A stretch of 64,000 nucleotides of DNA from Malacoraja senta (GCA_038087875.1 CM075986.1:14694001-14758000), one strand, 5' to 3'. Shown: positions 1 through 11,951, numbered from the stretch's first letter. Notes: a model not told the origin generated them from the sequence alone. Made by a program: numbers and translations.

Positions 1-444
1 ATAACGTTTGCGGGCCTTTGATGGTCTATAATACTGTTTCAGATCTAAAGCAGCATGGTCCACTGGGACCCCAAACGCATTAATGCTGCCATCCATCAGT
101 AGGTTAGAGAACATTAATAATAAAAGAAGCAAGTGCTGGGAACACTCAGCAGGCCAGGCTGGATCTGTGGGGAGAGACACAGAGCTAAACTTTCAGCTCA
201 ATGGCCTTTCGTCAAGAGATTACGGCAACTGATTGAAGACTGGTCATTCGACTAGAGTCTGGTCATTTTCCCGTTGCTGTTTGCAGGAGTTTGTTGGGTG
301 CTGTGTACCGTAGTTTACAATACCAATTGCATTTGAGAAGCATTAATGGGCTGTGGAATGCTCCTTCAAACATGCTGAAATTGTGAAAGAAGCCAAAAAG
401 TATGCAGAGCTCCATAGGCCAATTGCATGCCAGCTCAGAAAATC

Positions 445-1420
445 ATAGTCACAGAAACATACAGCACAGATCCAGTCCATTCAGCCCACCTTATCCACAC
501 TGACCATGTTGCCAATCTACGTTAATCCCATTTGCCTGCATTTACCCTTTCTCTCCACTCCTTTCTTAACCAAGTACCTGTCCAAACACCTTTTAAATGT
601 TGTAACCGTATCTGCCCCCATCGTCTCCTCTGCCAGCTTGTTGCAGATATTCACCACTCTCTCTTACCCCTCAGATCTCCCTTAAATTTCTCCCTCTCAC
701 CTTAAACCATTGCCTTCTAGTTCTAAAGTTTTCCCAGCCCTGGGCTTCTAAGGCTGCCTGGGTCAAGACGAGATGGAGAGACCAGTGGAAGTCAGCGGAA
801 CCATCTAGGCTACACCTTTACATCGATGACCCCATGGACGTCCCTGGCCAGGACCTGCCCCGAAAGCAGTGGACAACCCTCAACCGCTTGAGGACAGGCA
901 TCGGACGCTATGGAGTAGCGATGAAGAGGTGGGGCCTCGTGGACAGCGCCTCCTGCGAGTGTGGGGACCCAACACAGACAGTGGAGCACATAGTCACCAG
1001 TTGCCCCAAACACCAGCCACCGAATGGACCTGATTGACCTGGACGATGACACGTTGGCCTGGCTCGCCTCAACGGAGCTGCAGGTCTAAAAGACACACGA
1101 CAGAAGAAGAAGAATCCCTGGGAAAAGGTATCTGACTATTTATCCTATCCGTGCCCCTTATAATTTTATAAACCTCTGCCAGGTCACTCTCAGCCTCCTC
1201 GGCTCCACTGGGAATAAACTCAGCCTACCCAATATCCAATCTCTCCTTTTGACTACTGCTCTCTCTTTCCCAGGCAACACCCTTCTGGATGTCCTCTGCA
1301 CTCTCTCTATCGCTACCACTTCCTTCCTGCAGAATTGTAAGCAGGACTTCAAGTTAAGTCTAACCAAGCTGCAACATGACATCCCAAATCTTACGCTTGA
1401 TGCCTTGGCCTATGAAGACA
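445..1420 (-). mobile_element. Old CR1-type LINE 3' fragment, interrupted by an RTE-X insertion
   Basis: Minus-strand translation gives degenerate CR1 ORF2 C-terminus-like text (QF...VVAIERVQR...LGRLSLFPVEPRRLR). The sequence is continuous across the 745-1115 insert. Boundaries approximate. Confidence 0.6.
745..1115 (+). mobile_element. RTE-X-like non-LTR retrotransposon, 5'-truncated 3' end
   Basis: ORF 834-1037 reads WTTLNRLRTG...CECG..QTVEHIVTSCP (CCHC knuckle). It has a (GAA)n tail and a CCCTGGG direct repeat at 738-744 and 1116-1122 (TSD). Confidence 0.75.
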
Positions 1421-1547
1421 AGAATACCAAATGCAACCCATCATTAGACGCTAAATGTTTCCTATTTCCCTTTCCACGGATGCTGCCTGAACTGAATGTT
1501 TTCAGCATTTTCTGTTTTTATCTCAGATTTCCATTTCTTTTTTGACA

Positions 1548-1977
1548 TAATTGGGATGGCGGAACTGTCATATGAGGAAAGATTGAAAAGACTAGGCTTG
1601 TATTCACTGGAGTTTAGAAGGATGAGGGGGGATCTTATAGAAACATATAAAATTATAAAAGGACTGGACAAGCTAGATGCAGGAAAAATGTTCCCAATGT
1701 TGGGCGAGTCCAGAACCAGGGGCCACAGTCTTAGAATAAAGTGGAGGCCATTTAAGACTTTTTCACCCAGAGAGTTGTGAATTTGTGGAATTCCCTGCCA
1801 CAGAGGGCAGTGGAGGACAAATCACTGGATGGATTTAAGAGAGAGTTAGATAGAGCTCTAGGGGCTAGTGGAATCAGGGGATATGGAGAGAAGGCAGGCA
1901 CGGGTTATTGATTGGGGACGATCAGCCATGATCACAATGAATGGCCTCCTCCTGCACCTATGTTTTTGTTTCTATGA
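1548..1977 (+). mobile_element. CR1 LINE 3' fragment
   Basis: LSYEERLKRLGLYSLEFRRMRGDLIETYKI...SRTRGHSLRI; the 3' UTR matches the other CR1 copies in the window. Confidence 0.85.
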
Positions 1978-3708
1978 CTAAGTCTGGGTTGCTTGGTTGT
2001 GAAATCAGGAAAGATTTATTACATGTAAATAGGGAGAGAAATGTGCATCCCTCAATGATCAAAGCCCGTAGGGGTATGGAAAATGGCGAAGGAAAGGGAT
2101 AAAGAGCTAGTGTTTAAGAAGGAACTGCAGGACAGGTAGATATGAAGCTGCAGGTTAGTTGTGATCCAATGGTGTGACAAAGCAGGCTTTAGTAACTACA
2201 GGTAAATGGTTTCTAAAGTTCTATAGCTAGATTGGAAATCTTTAAAAGGGACTCTTCACATCCTTCAAGATCTCCTTTGAATTGCTTCCCCTCACCTTAA
2301 GCTTGCACACTCTACTTCCAGACACCCCCATCCTGGGAAAAGGACTATCTATGCTCTCTATGCCCCTCATTATCTTCTAAACGACAATTATAGTCACCCC
2401 TCATTTTAAGACCCTAACTCCAGGACCAACGGCATATTTTTAATGACAACCTTGAAACTTACCAAGTTATGGTCACTACTTGCTCATTCTCAATCGCTAA
2501 TGCTAGGCCAAGTACAATCCCAGCCTAGAAGGACTCTCTGCATACTGCTTTAAATACCCCTCTTGAATGTATTTTACAGATTCCATCCCATCTAAGCCCC
2601 CTGTTCTAAGGCAATCCTAGTTAATATTGGGAAAGTTAAAATCCTTGACAACTACAACCCTATTGTGTTTACACACGTCATAGTAAAAGAATTTGGACAG
2701 AAGAAAATAGCTCTCAGGATAAAAGAGCCAATGGCAAGGTTTTATAAGCTCTTTTTTGATCATGGAGTTACAAGAGTTTGCAGCAAGGGTTGAAAATGGC
2801 CAGAAGTAGCGGCCTGCCCCCCCTCCTCCTACAGCACACACATAGCCCCCTCCGAACCCCAACCTACTTACCTCTACAGGAATCCCTGGCTCTATCCATG
2901 AGAATCCTGAATGTAAAACCTGATGTGGCCATTTGGTTTTTGCTTCTGAGTTTGACTGGTAGGCAAACCAAACTGTTTGTGCAATGTGCGTCAGACCCAT
3001 GTTGGTTTTAGAGTACAGGAGCAAACTGGAAATTATTCACTCTGCTATACCCTGCCTTTCACCTGTCAGAGATCAACAAAACAGTTGGAATATTGCAATA
3101 ATCACAAATGATTCAGCGTTGATTATTTTTTTTGCTGGTCATAACTCATTTATGTTACAACAAACCATATCAATTATCAGATCCATCAAAAAAAATCTAT
3201 AGTACAGCAAATATAAATGACTCAGTTATTCCCAGACAGTGTCTGAACCATACACCACTACCTCATAGCTCTCAAATTGGCTGTTTCCACGTGTAAACTG
3301 CAGTGTAAATTAACTGAATAATAAATACTTATGAAACACACTTGCCGTGGTTGAAGTAACTAAATTAATTATTGATTCCCTGTTCTCTGAAACTGCTCAG
3401 ATGTTTGAAAGCTCTCAGATCCTGTATAATCCAAAGACGTTTAATGAAAATATATTCTCCCACAGGTTCAATATTGCTGTAGTGGAGAAATGGCAGGCAA
3501 GGTTGGCAGATACATTTTGGTTCTGCCATAATCGAATCAAACAGCATAGAAGGCAGCCATGGAAAGGTTTGATGAGGTGATACTGGGAGAGAGGAAAATA
3601 AGAAAGAGAGGTAGACGAGGGGAGGAAAAGGGGAAATAAATGCATCCATTAAGTTTTTGTTTTAATTGTCTGTAGCCGCCGGTAGTGTTACAATGAGGCT
3701 CAGTGTAA

Positions 3709-4006
3709 AGGGCCTGTCCCACTGTACGAGGTAATTCAAGAGTTCTCCCGAGTTCTCCCCTGATTCGAGCTCGTGTAATGTACGTAGCGGGTACGTCGGA
3801 GCTCGTGAATGTCACATAGCGGCTCATAAAGCTAACGGCAGGTACTCGTGAAACGCGGTAAGCTCGTGAAGTTTTTTCAACAGTGCGGAGAGTGTCCACG
3901 AGAGTCCCCGAGTACCTACGAACGGCTGTTACCGTAATTCTCCGAGTTCAAATCAGGGGAAACTCGGGAGAATTCTTGAATTACCTCGTGCAGTGGGACA
4001 GGCCCT
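3709..4006. mobile_element. PIF/Harbinger-type MITE (298 bp)
   Basis: Terminal inverted repeats start AGGGCCTGTCCCACT and extend imperfectly for ~60 bp. TAA TSD at 3706-3708 and 4007-4009. No coding capacity. Confidence 0.8.
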
Positions 4007-4390
4007 TAAGTCTCATCTTCAGTCTGGACGTGTTGCAGCTTTGCAGACTCAATCTCCAATCCTACAGCTTCAAACAGCTTAATTTCTCTCTGTATCAGTC
4101 ATCCATCTGTGATATTATCTCAGTTTATTTGAATTCCATTCTCCCTTTTCTATTTTCACAACCCCCCTCTTTTTATACCCCTTTTGAATAGAGGTAAACA
4201 TTTCCTAATTGTATTCCATGTATACATATTTTGAATCAAATTTATAATTGAAACAAAAATGGTATTCTGAATGCTGCTCCATTACTATTTACTGCCTTCT
4301 ACCCTGGGATACTTTGATGAAATGGCACACCAAGACGTCAAGTAAGTCGGAAAGGAAAATGCTACTGCGCATGCGTAAATTTATTATTCA

Positions 4391-4672
4391 ATGTGGAGAC
4401 CACATGGGAACTCCAATGCGGAGACCAGATGGGAAGCTCCGACATGGAGACCATGCGGGAGCTCCAACGTGGAGACCATGCGGGAGCTCCGACGTGGAGA
4501 CCATGCGGGAGCTCCAACGTGGAGACCATACAAGAGCTCTGATGCGAAGACCGTGTGGGAGCACTGATGTGGAGACCACATGGGGTGCTCCAACGCGGAG
4601 AGCATGTGGGGAGCTCCGATACTGAGAGCATGTGTGAGCTCCGACGTGGAGACCATGTGGGAGCATCCACGG
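4391..4672. repeat. GC-rich minisatellite, ~25-bp unit, ~11 copies
   Basis: Unit GGAGACCATGCGGGAGCTCC(A/G)ACGT repeated head-to-tail, degenerating towards both ends. Confidence 0.85.
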
Positions 4673-5834
4673 AAACAGCTGACTGGCTTGCAGAAACGAC
4701 CACTTGCTCAGTAGCACACGGCTACCGAGCCTACCAAGACACACAACTCGGAAATAAAGAAGTGGGCTTAAAGAATTCATTACGTAGGTGCGAGCTTATG
4801 TAAGTCGCCCATTACGTAAGTCGGGCAGTGCCCACACAGTACCCCATCAACACTGCAGTCAGGCATGAGCCTGGAAATTGAGCGGAATTGCTGAGATAAG
4901 GACTTGGTTAAAGATGAATGGTCTTGCTGATGATCAGGATATTTAATTTGTATCTTTGCCGAGGCTTAAGTCGGAAGCCAACAACCTCTGGCCCAGATGT
5001 AAACAACACCACCCATGGAGTAACGATTGAAAAGTAGTGTTGGACTGGGACCACTCCGAGGGTGGTTAAATCACACCGATCCAAGTTATTTCTGCCAAAT
5101 TATTTTCTTGAGTATAACATGTTATTTTGTACATATTTTTTTTTTTTAAAGACATAAATAGTTGACATTTTAAAAATTTAAACTATTTTATTTATTTTAT
5201 TTTACACCTGCCTATTGGTAATATTATATTTTTATTGTTTGTACCATTTTTTAATGAAACATAAATGTAAGCTAATTGACTTGGGCTCAACCAGGTTACT
5301 TTACTGCTTTTGTATTTTTCCTGACATTTTTCCTTCCTATTCTGGCTGGCGTAGCACAAAAACATTTTTAACTCTTGTGATAATTTTGTGTTCCTGCGTC
5401 TTTTTCTTCAGCAAATGTGACCTAGTCCAGCTCAGCATTTGGCCAACTTCGACTCAGTGGACAAGGACAGAACAAATTTGTTACTTTCACACGTTTAGCG
5501 GCTTTAATCTCCCGAGTATTTTGTTTCTTTGGCTCTGCATTTTTCTCGACTCCCTTTTTTTTGCCTCTGCAAAGTTTATTCTACATATTTGTGACAACAC
5601 ATTCAGTTATACCGTTCAGGATTATCAATTGCTTTCTATCATCAGATAATGAATTAGCCCACTCCACGGGGATCACAGAAAAAAAGCTTGCTAAAAGATG
5701 AGGCTTCGAGTGATTTTGCAACACTGCAATGTCATAAATAATGCATTAAATCAGAGCATGTAAAATAAATACAATCCATGAGGGAGTGGAATGTTTGAAG
5801 TTTTCACACTGGTTGCATTTGCCGTTGTATTTAA

Positions 5835-6203
5835 TTATCACCATGTCTCCAACGGCTCTTACCAATTTCTGCAATGCACCATAGAAAGCATCATGGCTCG
5901 AGTTGGCAACTACTCTGCCCAATACCACAAGAAATTGCAAAGAGTTGTGGATGTAGCCCAGTCCACCACTCAGACCAGCTTCTACCACCCCACCATCACC
6001 CCTCCCCCCTAACTCCCTCATCAACTCTATCTACACCTCATACTGCCTTGGAAAAGCAGCCAATATAATCGAGGACCACTTACACATAAGTCATTCGTCT
6101 TCTCCCCTCTACAAATGATACACATGTTGAAAAGCACATACCATCAGATTTTGCATTGGTGTTATCAGACTACTGAACAGTCCTCTCATCAGCTGAGGAT
6201 ATA
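5835..6203 (+). mobile_element. Rex1/Babar-like LINE 3' fragment (continues at 7812-~8130 after the Tc1 insertion)
   Basis: FLQCTIESIM..GNYSAQYHKKLQRVVDVAQS motif; the 3' UTR text resumes after the Tc1 TA site. Confidence 0.6.
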
Positions 6204-7811
6204 CAGTGGCTTGCAAAAGTATTCATACCCCTTGAACTTTTCCACATTTTGTCACGTTACAACCACAAACGTAAATGTATTTTATTGGGATTTTATGTGA
6301 TAGACCAACACAAAGTGGCGCATAATTGTGAAGTGGAAGGAAAATGATACATGGTTTTCACATTTTTTTACAAATAAAAAACTGAAAAGTGTCGCTTGCA
6401 AAAGTATTCAGCCCCCTTTACTCTGATACCCCTAAATAAAATCCAGTGCAACCAGTTGCCTTCAGAAGTCACCTAATTAGTAAATAGAGTCCACTTGTGT
6501 GTAATCTAATCTCAGTATAAATACAGCTGTTCTGTGAAGGCCTCAGAGGTTTGTTAGAGAACATTAGTGAACAAACAGCATCATGAAGCCCAAGGAACAC
6601 ACCAGACAGGTCAGGGATAACGTTATGGAGAAGTTTAAAGCAGGGTTAGGTTATAAAAAAATATCCCAAGCTTTGAACATCTCACGGAGCACTGTTCAAT
6701 CCATCATCCGAAAATGGAAAGAGTATGGCACAACTGCAAACCTACCAAGACATGGCCATCCACCTAAACTGACAGGCCGGGCAAGGAGAGCATTGATCAG
6801 AGAAGCAGCCAAGAGGCCCATGGTAACTCTGGAGGAGCTGCAGAGATCCACAGCTCAGGTGGGAGAATCTGTCCACAGGACAACTATTAGTCGTGCACTC
6901 CACAAATCGAGCCTTTATGGAAGAGTGGCAAGAAGAAAGCCATTGTTGAAAAAAAGCCATAAGAAGTCCCGTTTGCAGTTTGCCACAAGCCATGTGGGGG
7001 ACACAGCAAACATGTGGAGGAAGGTGCTCTGGTCAGATGAGACCAAAATAGAAGTTTTTGGCCTAAATGCAAAACGCTATGTTGGTGGAAACCTAACACT
7101 GCACATCACCCTGAACACACCATCCCCACTGTGAAACATGGTGGTGGCAGCATCATGCTGTGGGGATGCTTTTCTTCAGCAGGGACAGGGAAGCTGGTCA
7201 GAGTTGATGGGAAGATGGATGGAGCCAAATACAGGGCAATCTTGGAAGAAAACCTGTTAGAGTCTGCAAAAGACTTGAGACTGGGGCGGAGGTTCACCTT
7301 CCAGCAGGACAACGACCCTAAACATACAGCCAGAGCTACAATGGAATGATTTAGATCAAAGCATATTCATGTGTTAGAATGGCCCAGTCAAAGTCCAGAC
7401 CTAAATCCAATTGAGAATCTCTGGCAAGACTTGAAAATTGCTGTTCACAGACGCTCTCCATCCAATCTGACTGAGCTTGAACAAAGAAGAATGGGCAAAA
7501 ATTTCAGTCTCTAGATGTGCAAAGCTGGTAGAGACATACCCCAAAAGATTTGCAGCTGTAATTGCAGCGAAAGGTGGTTCTACAAAGTATTGACTCAGGG
7601 GGGCTGAATACTTTTGCACGCGACACTTTTCAGTTTTTTATTTGTAAAAAAATTTGAAAACCATGTATCATTTTCCTTTCACTTCACAATTATGCACCAC
7701 TTTGTGTTGGTTTATCACATAAAATCCCAATAAAATACATTTACGTTTGTGGTTGTAAAGTGACAAAATGTGGAAAAGTTCAAGGGGTATGAAAACTTTT
7801 GCAAGCCACTG
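6204..7811 (+). mobile_element. Full-length Tc1-family DNA transposon (1608 bp), IR/DR type
   Basis: ~213-bp terminal inverted repeats (6204-6416 and 7599-7811) begin CAGTGGCTTGCAAAAGTATTCA. Each TIR contains an inner direct repeat (GCAAAAGTATTCAGCCCC). TA TSD at 6202-6203 and 7812-7813. Confidence 0.95.
6583..7593 (+). pseudogene. Tc1 DD34E transposase pseudogene
   Basis: Paired-like HTH N-terminus (GYKKISQAL...TVQSIIRKWK), [28 protein letters not shown] and [15 protein letters not shown], with 34 residues between D and E. Lesions: frameshift near 7085, TGA at 7347-7349 in place of Trp, and a small deletion near 7480. Confidence 0.93.
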
Positions 7812-8179
7812 TAGTCCTGAACTCCCAACCTACCTACCTCATTATGGCCCGTGCACTTTTTTATCTGCACTTTCTCTGGAGCTCTAACAGTGTAACGTTG
7901 CGATAATGTATTCTACACTCTTGTTATCTTTCTCTTTGCGCTACCTGTTGTACTTGTAATAAGTAATGAAATTTCGTTCAAGCCTTGGTTTGAATGACAA
8001 TAAATAGCATTCAATCAAAAAATAATAATAAGTAATCATGTCTGGTATGATTTGACTGGATAGCAAACAAAACCAAGTTTTTCACTGTATTCCGGTACAC
8101 GATACGCTAATAAACCAACAAACTATAAACCTTAGAGTTCACCAACCCATCCTGCATTTGCCAGAAGTGTCAGGAGTCT

Positions 8180-8585
8180 TAAACGTAAATTGGGGGAACA
8201 GCATCTCATATTTCGCTTGGGCAGCCCAGTGGTGTGAATATTGATTTCTCTAACTTCAAGTAACCTCAGCATTCCCTCTCTCTCTATCCCTCCCCCACCC
8301 AAGTCGCACCAGCTTCTCATTTTCACCCAATAAACAGCTAACAATGGCCTGTTTCCTTTATCATCGTTACTTTTTTGCATATCTTTCATTCATTGTTCTT
8401 TATCTCTCCACATCACCGTCTATATCTCTCGTTTCCCTTTCCCCTGACTAGTCTGAAGAAGGGTCTCGACCCGAAACGTCACCCATTCGTTCTCTCCAGA
8501 GATGCTGTCTGCCCCGCTGAGCAACTCCAGTTATTTGTGTCTATCATCGGTTTAAACCAGCATCTGCAGTTTCTTCCAACACAGG
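8180..8585 (+). mobile_element. Penelope-like element 3' fragment (end of GIY-YIG ORF plus pseudo-LTR)
   Basis: Translates as RKLGEQHLIFRLGS...VNIDFSNFK*, followed by the repeat containing CTGAAGAAGGGTCTCGACCCGAAACGTC. Confidence 0.75.
8453..8480 (+). ncRNA. Minimal hammerhead ribozyme-like motif in PLE pseudo-LTR (representative copy; others at e.g. 26652-26679 +, ~23744-23771 -, ~37018-37045 -, ~40515-40542 +)
   Basis: CTGAAGA - A - GGGTC TC GACCC (stem II) - GAAA - CGTC matches the CUGANGA/GAAA/UH core. Helix I pairing is weak. Confidence 0.55.
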
Positions 8586-9899
8586 TATCTTAAGAGATTG
8601 AGATCAGGCCATTCTGATCAAAGACATGACAAACAATTGGTTTTGTGGATAGTCAGAAGCAAATAGAGTGCTGGATCCAAGTAATTGAATACAATAGAGA
8701 CATAAGAGACTGCAGATGCGGGAATCTGGAGCAAAAATGAACTGCTGGAGGAACTCAGCAGGATAAGCAGCATCTGAGAAGGCAGTCAACATTTCATGTT
8801 GTAACTGTGCATCAGGACTGAGGACTTTGTCCAGATGCAGGGTCATGACCCGAAACTCGACTCACTGAGTTCTTCCAGCAGTTTGTTTTTTGCGATGGAA
8901 TATCACGGCCCACTGGATTCAATTACAAGTTTGTGGGTAAAATGTAGGGTCTTCAAAGCAAACATTTTCATAAGACTCCTTGCACTGAACTTGGGACTAC
9001 AAGATACATTAAGACATGCTTAGAAATATATTCCACATCCAAGAATCCAATCATTCTTTCTTTGTAGTAGTAGTAGAACCTCACACACAGCTTGCCACTG
9101 ACCATGGGCTAATCCACAAACCCACTGTCTCTGTGATCATCCATCTTCAACATTATCCCATAGCTTTTACCCTGAAACTCAACCAAGAGCTCAGTCACCT
9201 CTGGATCCAATACCTCAGAAATAATTGCAAATCATCCCAAGACGCTGTTTCAAAGAAGAGCAGGAGAATTCTGTTCAGTGTTTGAGCCCATAAGCTGTAT
9301 ATCCCTCAATCAACATCATAGGATAGATGCTCTGGTCAATGGGCTTTGTGGGACTTCGCTCAATTCAACTGACCTTTCCTTTTTCATTTTTCCTACATTA
9401 CATCACCAGCTAAAGTTCGAAAATACACCTTATGCTTTAAAGTGCGTTGGGATGCGCTGAGGTTATATAAGGCAATACGTAACTTGTAAACAAGTATTTT
9501 TCTAAACCCAAGGCAGCTGGGCAAATGGGTCTACGTGTGCCTGTCCTGACCCAGCACATGATAAGGTGTAAACTCTGAATTCGCTTTTATTCACTCTCTT
9601 TAGAATTGAAAGAGCTGCAGTTTAATTCTCAGGATTGTTTTCTTTCTCCATCTCCACGTTTCCATCGAATCCTTCCTGTTTACACCCCTTCCAGACACTT
9701 CAACTATTGCTACTAAACCATCCCCTCCCTCTCCCAGCAGGTTCCCCATCATTTGTATCACGGTGTCTCTTGGTCTCCACCCAACTGCAGACATCCCTTT
9801 TGTTCTCTCTAACCCTCAGCCTTCTCTGCAACTTAACAACGTGCTAGTTTTCTAACTCAGCCATGCTCCGACTCTCTCTTTAATCAGTCAGCAACCTCA

Positions 9900-10990
9900 A
9901 AGCCAGTGTCACCCTTCAACCACCAGTGTTTCTGCTTAAGCGTTCCCTTGGTATCTTCTTTCCAGTACAATGGGTTCTGATGTGGTCAACGAGGGTAAAT
10001 GGGAAGAGCAGATTTTGCCATAAATGGGATGAGTGGTGCATTCCTACAGCCAATTCATGCATGATTTCTGTGCATTCAATGCATGGACGTACGGTTCTTA
10101 ATACCATCCACAAAATTCTACATTTTGAGCGGCCTGAGGTTTCCCAAGAGTTAGTGGGGATACTGCATATTTTCAATGAGGCTTCACTTGTGAGGGTGTC
10201 TCTCTGTAATGCTTTATTAATGGTGGTGTTGTACAGCAGAGGTACATTGGTTCAAGACATTTGTCCTGCAGATGTTGATGGTATAGTCCATTCTCTTGTT
10301 TACTTGGTGAATAAACTGGCAGTGGGTTGGCATTCAGTGCTTTACTACTGAGATTCAGGTGACCTTGGTTCTGGAGTGTAGTTGCTGTAGGTTGAAGTTT
10401 CGCATTAGTTCTCAAAATTAATTCAATTCCCACAGGAAGTCTATTGGAGGCGAAGCGTAGCCTTGCAACAAGAAAGATTAAAAATAGTGTCAGGCAATAA
10501 CACAGCCCTGTTTGACACTGACCTTCACTGAAGATCAGCTCTGTTGCGGATGTAATTGTGACCGGCATGCTAACATGATGCAAATGTTTAGATGGAAATG
10601 AATTTCTAAGAGTAACCGAATTTGAGTACGAGGTTCCACAATTCTTCCCTGTTGATGGAGTTAAGGGATTGAGTGAGGTCGAGAAAGGCCACGTACAGTG
10701 GTCATGTCAAGTCAATGAGATTTTGGATTCATGCCAGAAGCTCTTCTTCAGCAAGTTTTAGAATTTCAGCAGGGCACAGCTCACAAAGCTATGTGTTTGT
10801 TTTGTTGGGATATGGCAATTGGCAGTCAGGAGCCGGGGCCGAGGTCGGACCAGGTAGGCTGCTGGTGATGTGATCAAAACTGCTCACGTTAAAGATATAG
10901 CTGTGGTTAAGGAGGTCCTCGCGAGTTCCTTCTACAAGTTCCTTCTTGAAGAAACTTGATGTTTGCCTTGATTTGGGGAATTGAGGAACG
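9900..10990 (-). mobile_element. Old, heavily decayed RTE-clade LINE fragment
   Basis: Minus-strand frames give LYVAFLDLT...ELWNLVLKFG, EDLLNHS and TLFLIFLVA...LPVGIELILRTNAKL, resembling RTE RT motifs, with many stops and frameshifts. Confidence 0.65.
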
Positions 10991-11229
10991 TCGCATCGCA
11001 TTCAAATGTTGTTTAGGCAGAGGGTGAAATAGATGCCTCATCCGGTAACGTCACTTCCATTCCAGGTCAGATTTATACAAGTGCAACACTACATGTCTGG
11101 GCAGCAATTCCTTCAATCTGAAAGATCACATCAATAATCAAACAAGATTTATAGATTTTCTAAAATGTGCGAATCAGACAAAACATGGAGATGCTCCCAG
11201 TTTTAATTCACAAACTGGAATAGAAATAA

Positions 11230-11730
11230 AACCAAAAAAACGATGTCAATACTCAGCTGGTCAGGCAGCATCCAGTTTCCTTCATTCAAAGCAATCTTCA
11301 CAGTGTGTTGCATCGGGAAGGCAGAAAGTATCATCAAGAAAGCCCGAAACCCTGGCCATTCCTTTTTCTCTCTTCTTCCGAGGAGAAGATATGGGAGCTT
11401 GAAAGACTGGAAGTTCAGACTTAAATGCAGCTTCTTCCCCACCTCCATCAGACTCCTGAACCAACCACATTTGTCTCACCCTTTTCCCTGAGGCACTGCC
11501 ATGTACTCTACCTCATTTGATCGTTCTGTTATTGCACATTAGTTTCCTTTTTGCACAACTTTAGATTGCATGACAATTTTTACTGCATTCTGGCATTTTA
11601 CAATTGTCATTGTATTGATTGTTGTATCTATCATTATCATGTGTACAGTGTACTCTGAGCTTCATGTGAACAAGAGATTTCATTACATTACTATACGACA
11701 TTAGTAGTGTATGACAATAAACTAATCTGA
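11230..11730 (+). mobile_element. Rex1-like LINE 3' fragment
   Basis: KAESIIKKARNPGHSFFSLLPRRRYGSLK...SFFPTSIRLLN followed by an AATAAA-containing tail. Confidence 0.65.
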
Positions 11731-11951
11731 ATTTCAATCCGAGGTCTCCTGGTCAATGAGTTAATGCAAGCAGTTAGACAATGATAATGGACTCAAAGTG
11801 TAAAACGTTGTAGTATACAGAGCTGTGGAATAGACCATGTCTACCTCAGACAAATCCTCTCTTTAAAGTCAGCCAAAAGGCAACTCCCTCACCAGAGCCT
11901 TTACCCAAAATGGAGGTTGCCACCAATCGACCCTTGGAAGCAAAACAACTT

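Noticed and set aside
4391-4672. CRISPR-like periodic repeats and overlapping ORFs (4248-4803)
   Set aside because: Units are head-to-tail with no unique spacers, there are no cas genes, and the context is vertebrate. The ORFs are by-products of the GC-rich minisatellite.
10173-11117. Apparent two-exon host gene on the minus strand (LKELLPRHVVLHLYKSDLEWK / LRFASNRLPVGIELILRT...) with phase-compatible splice sites
   Set aside because: The second 'exon' and the 'intron' both translate into RTE reverse-transcriptase motifs, so this is best explained as a decayed LINE.
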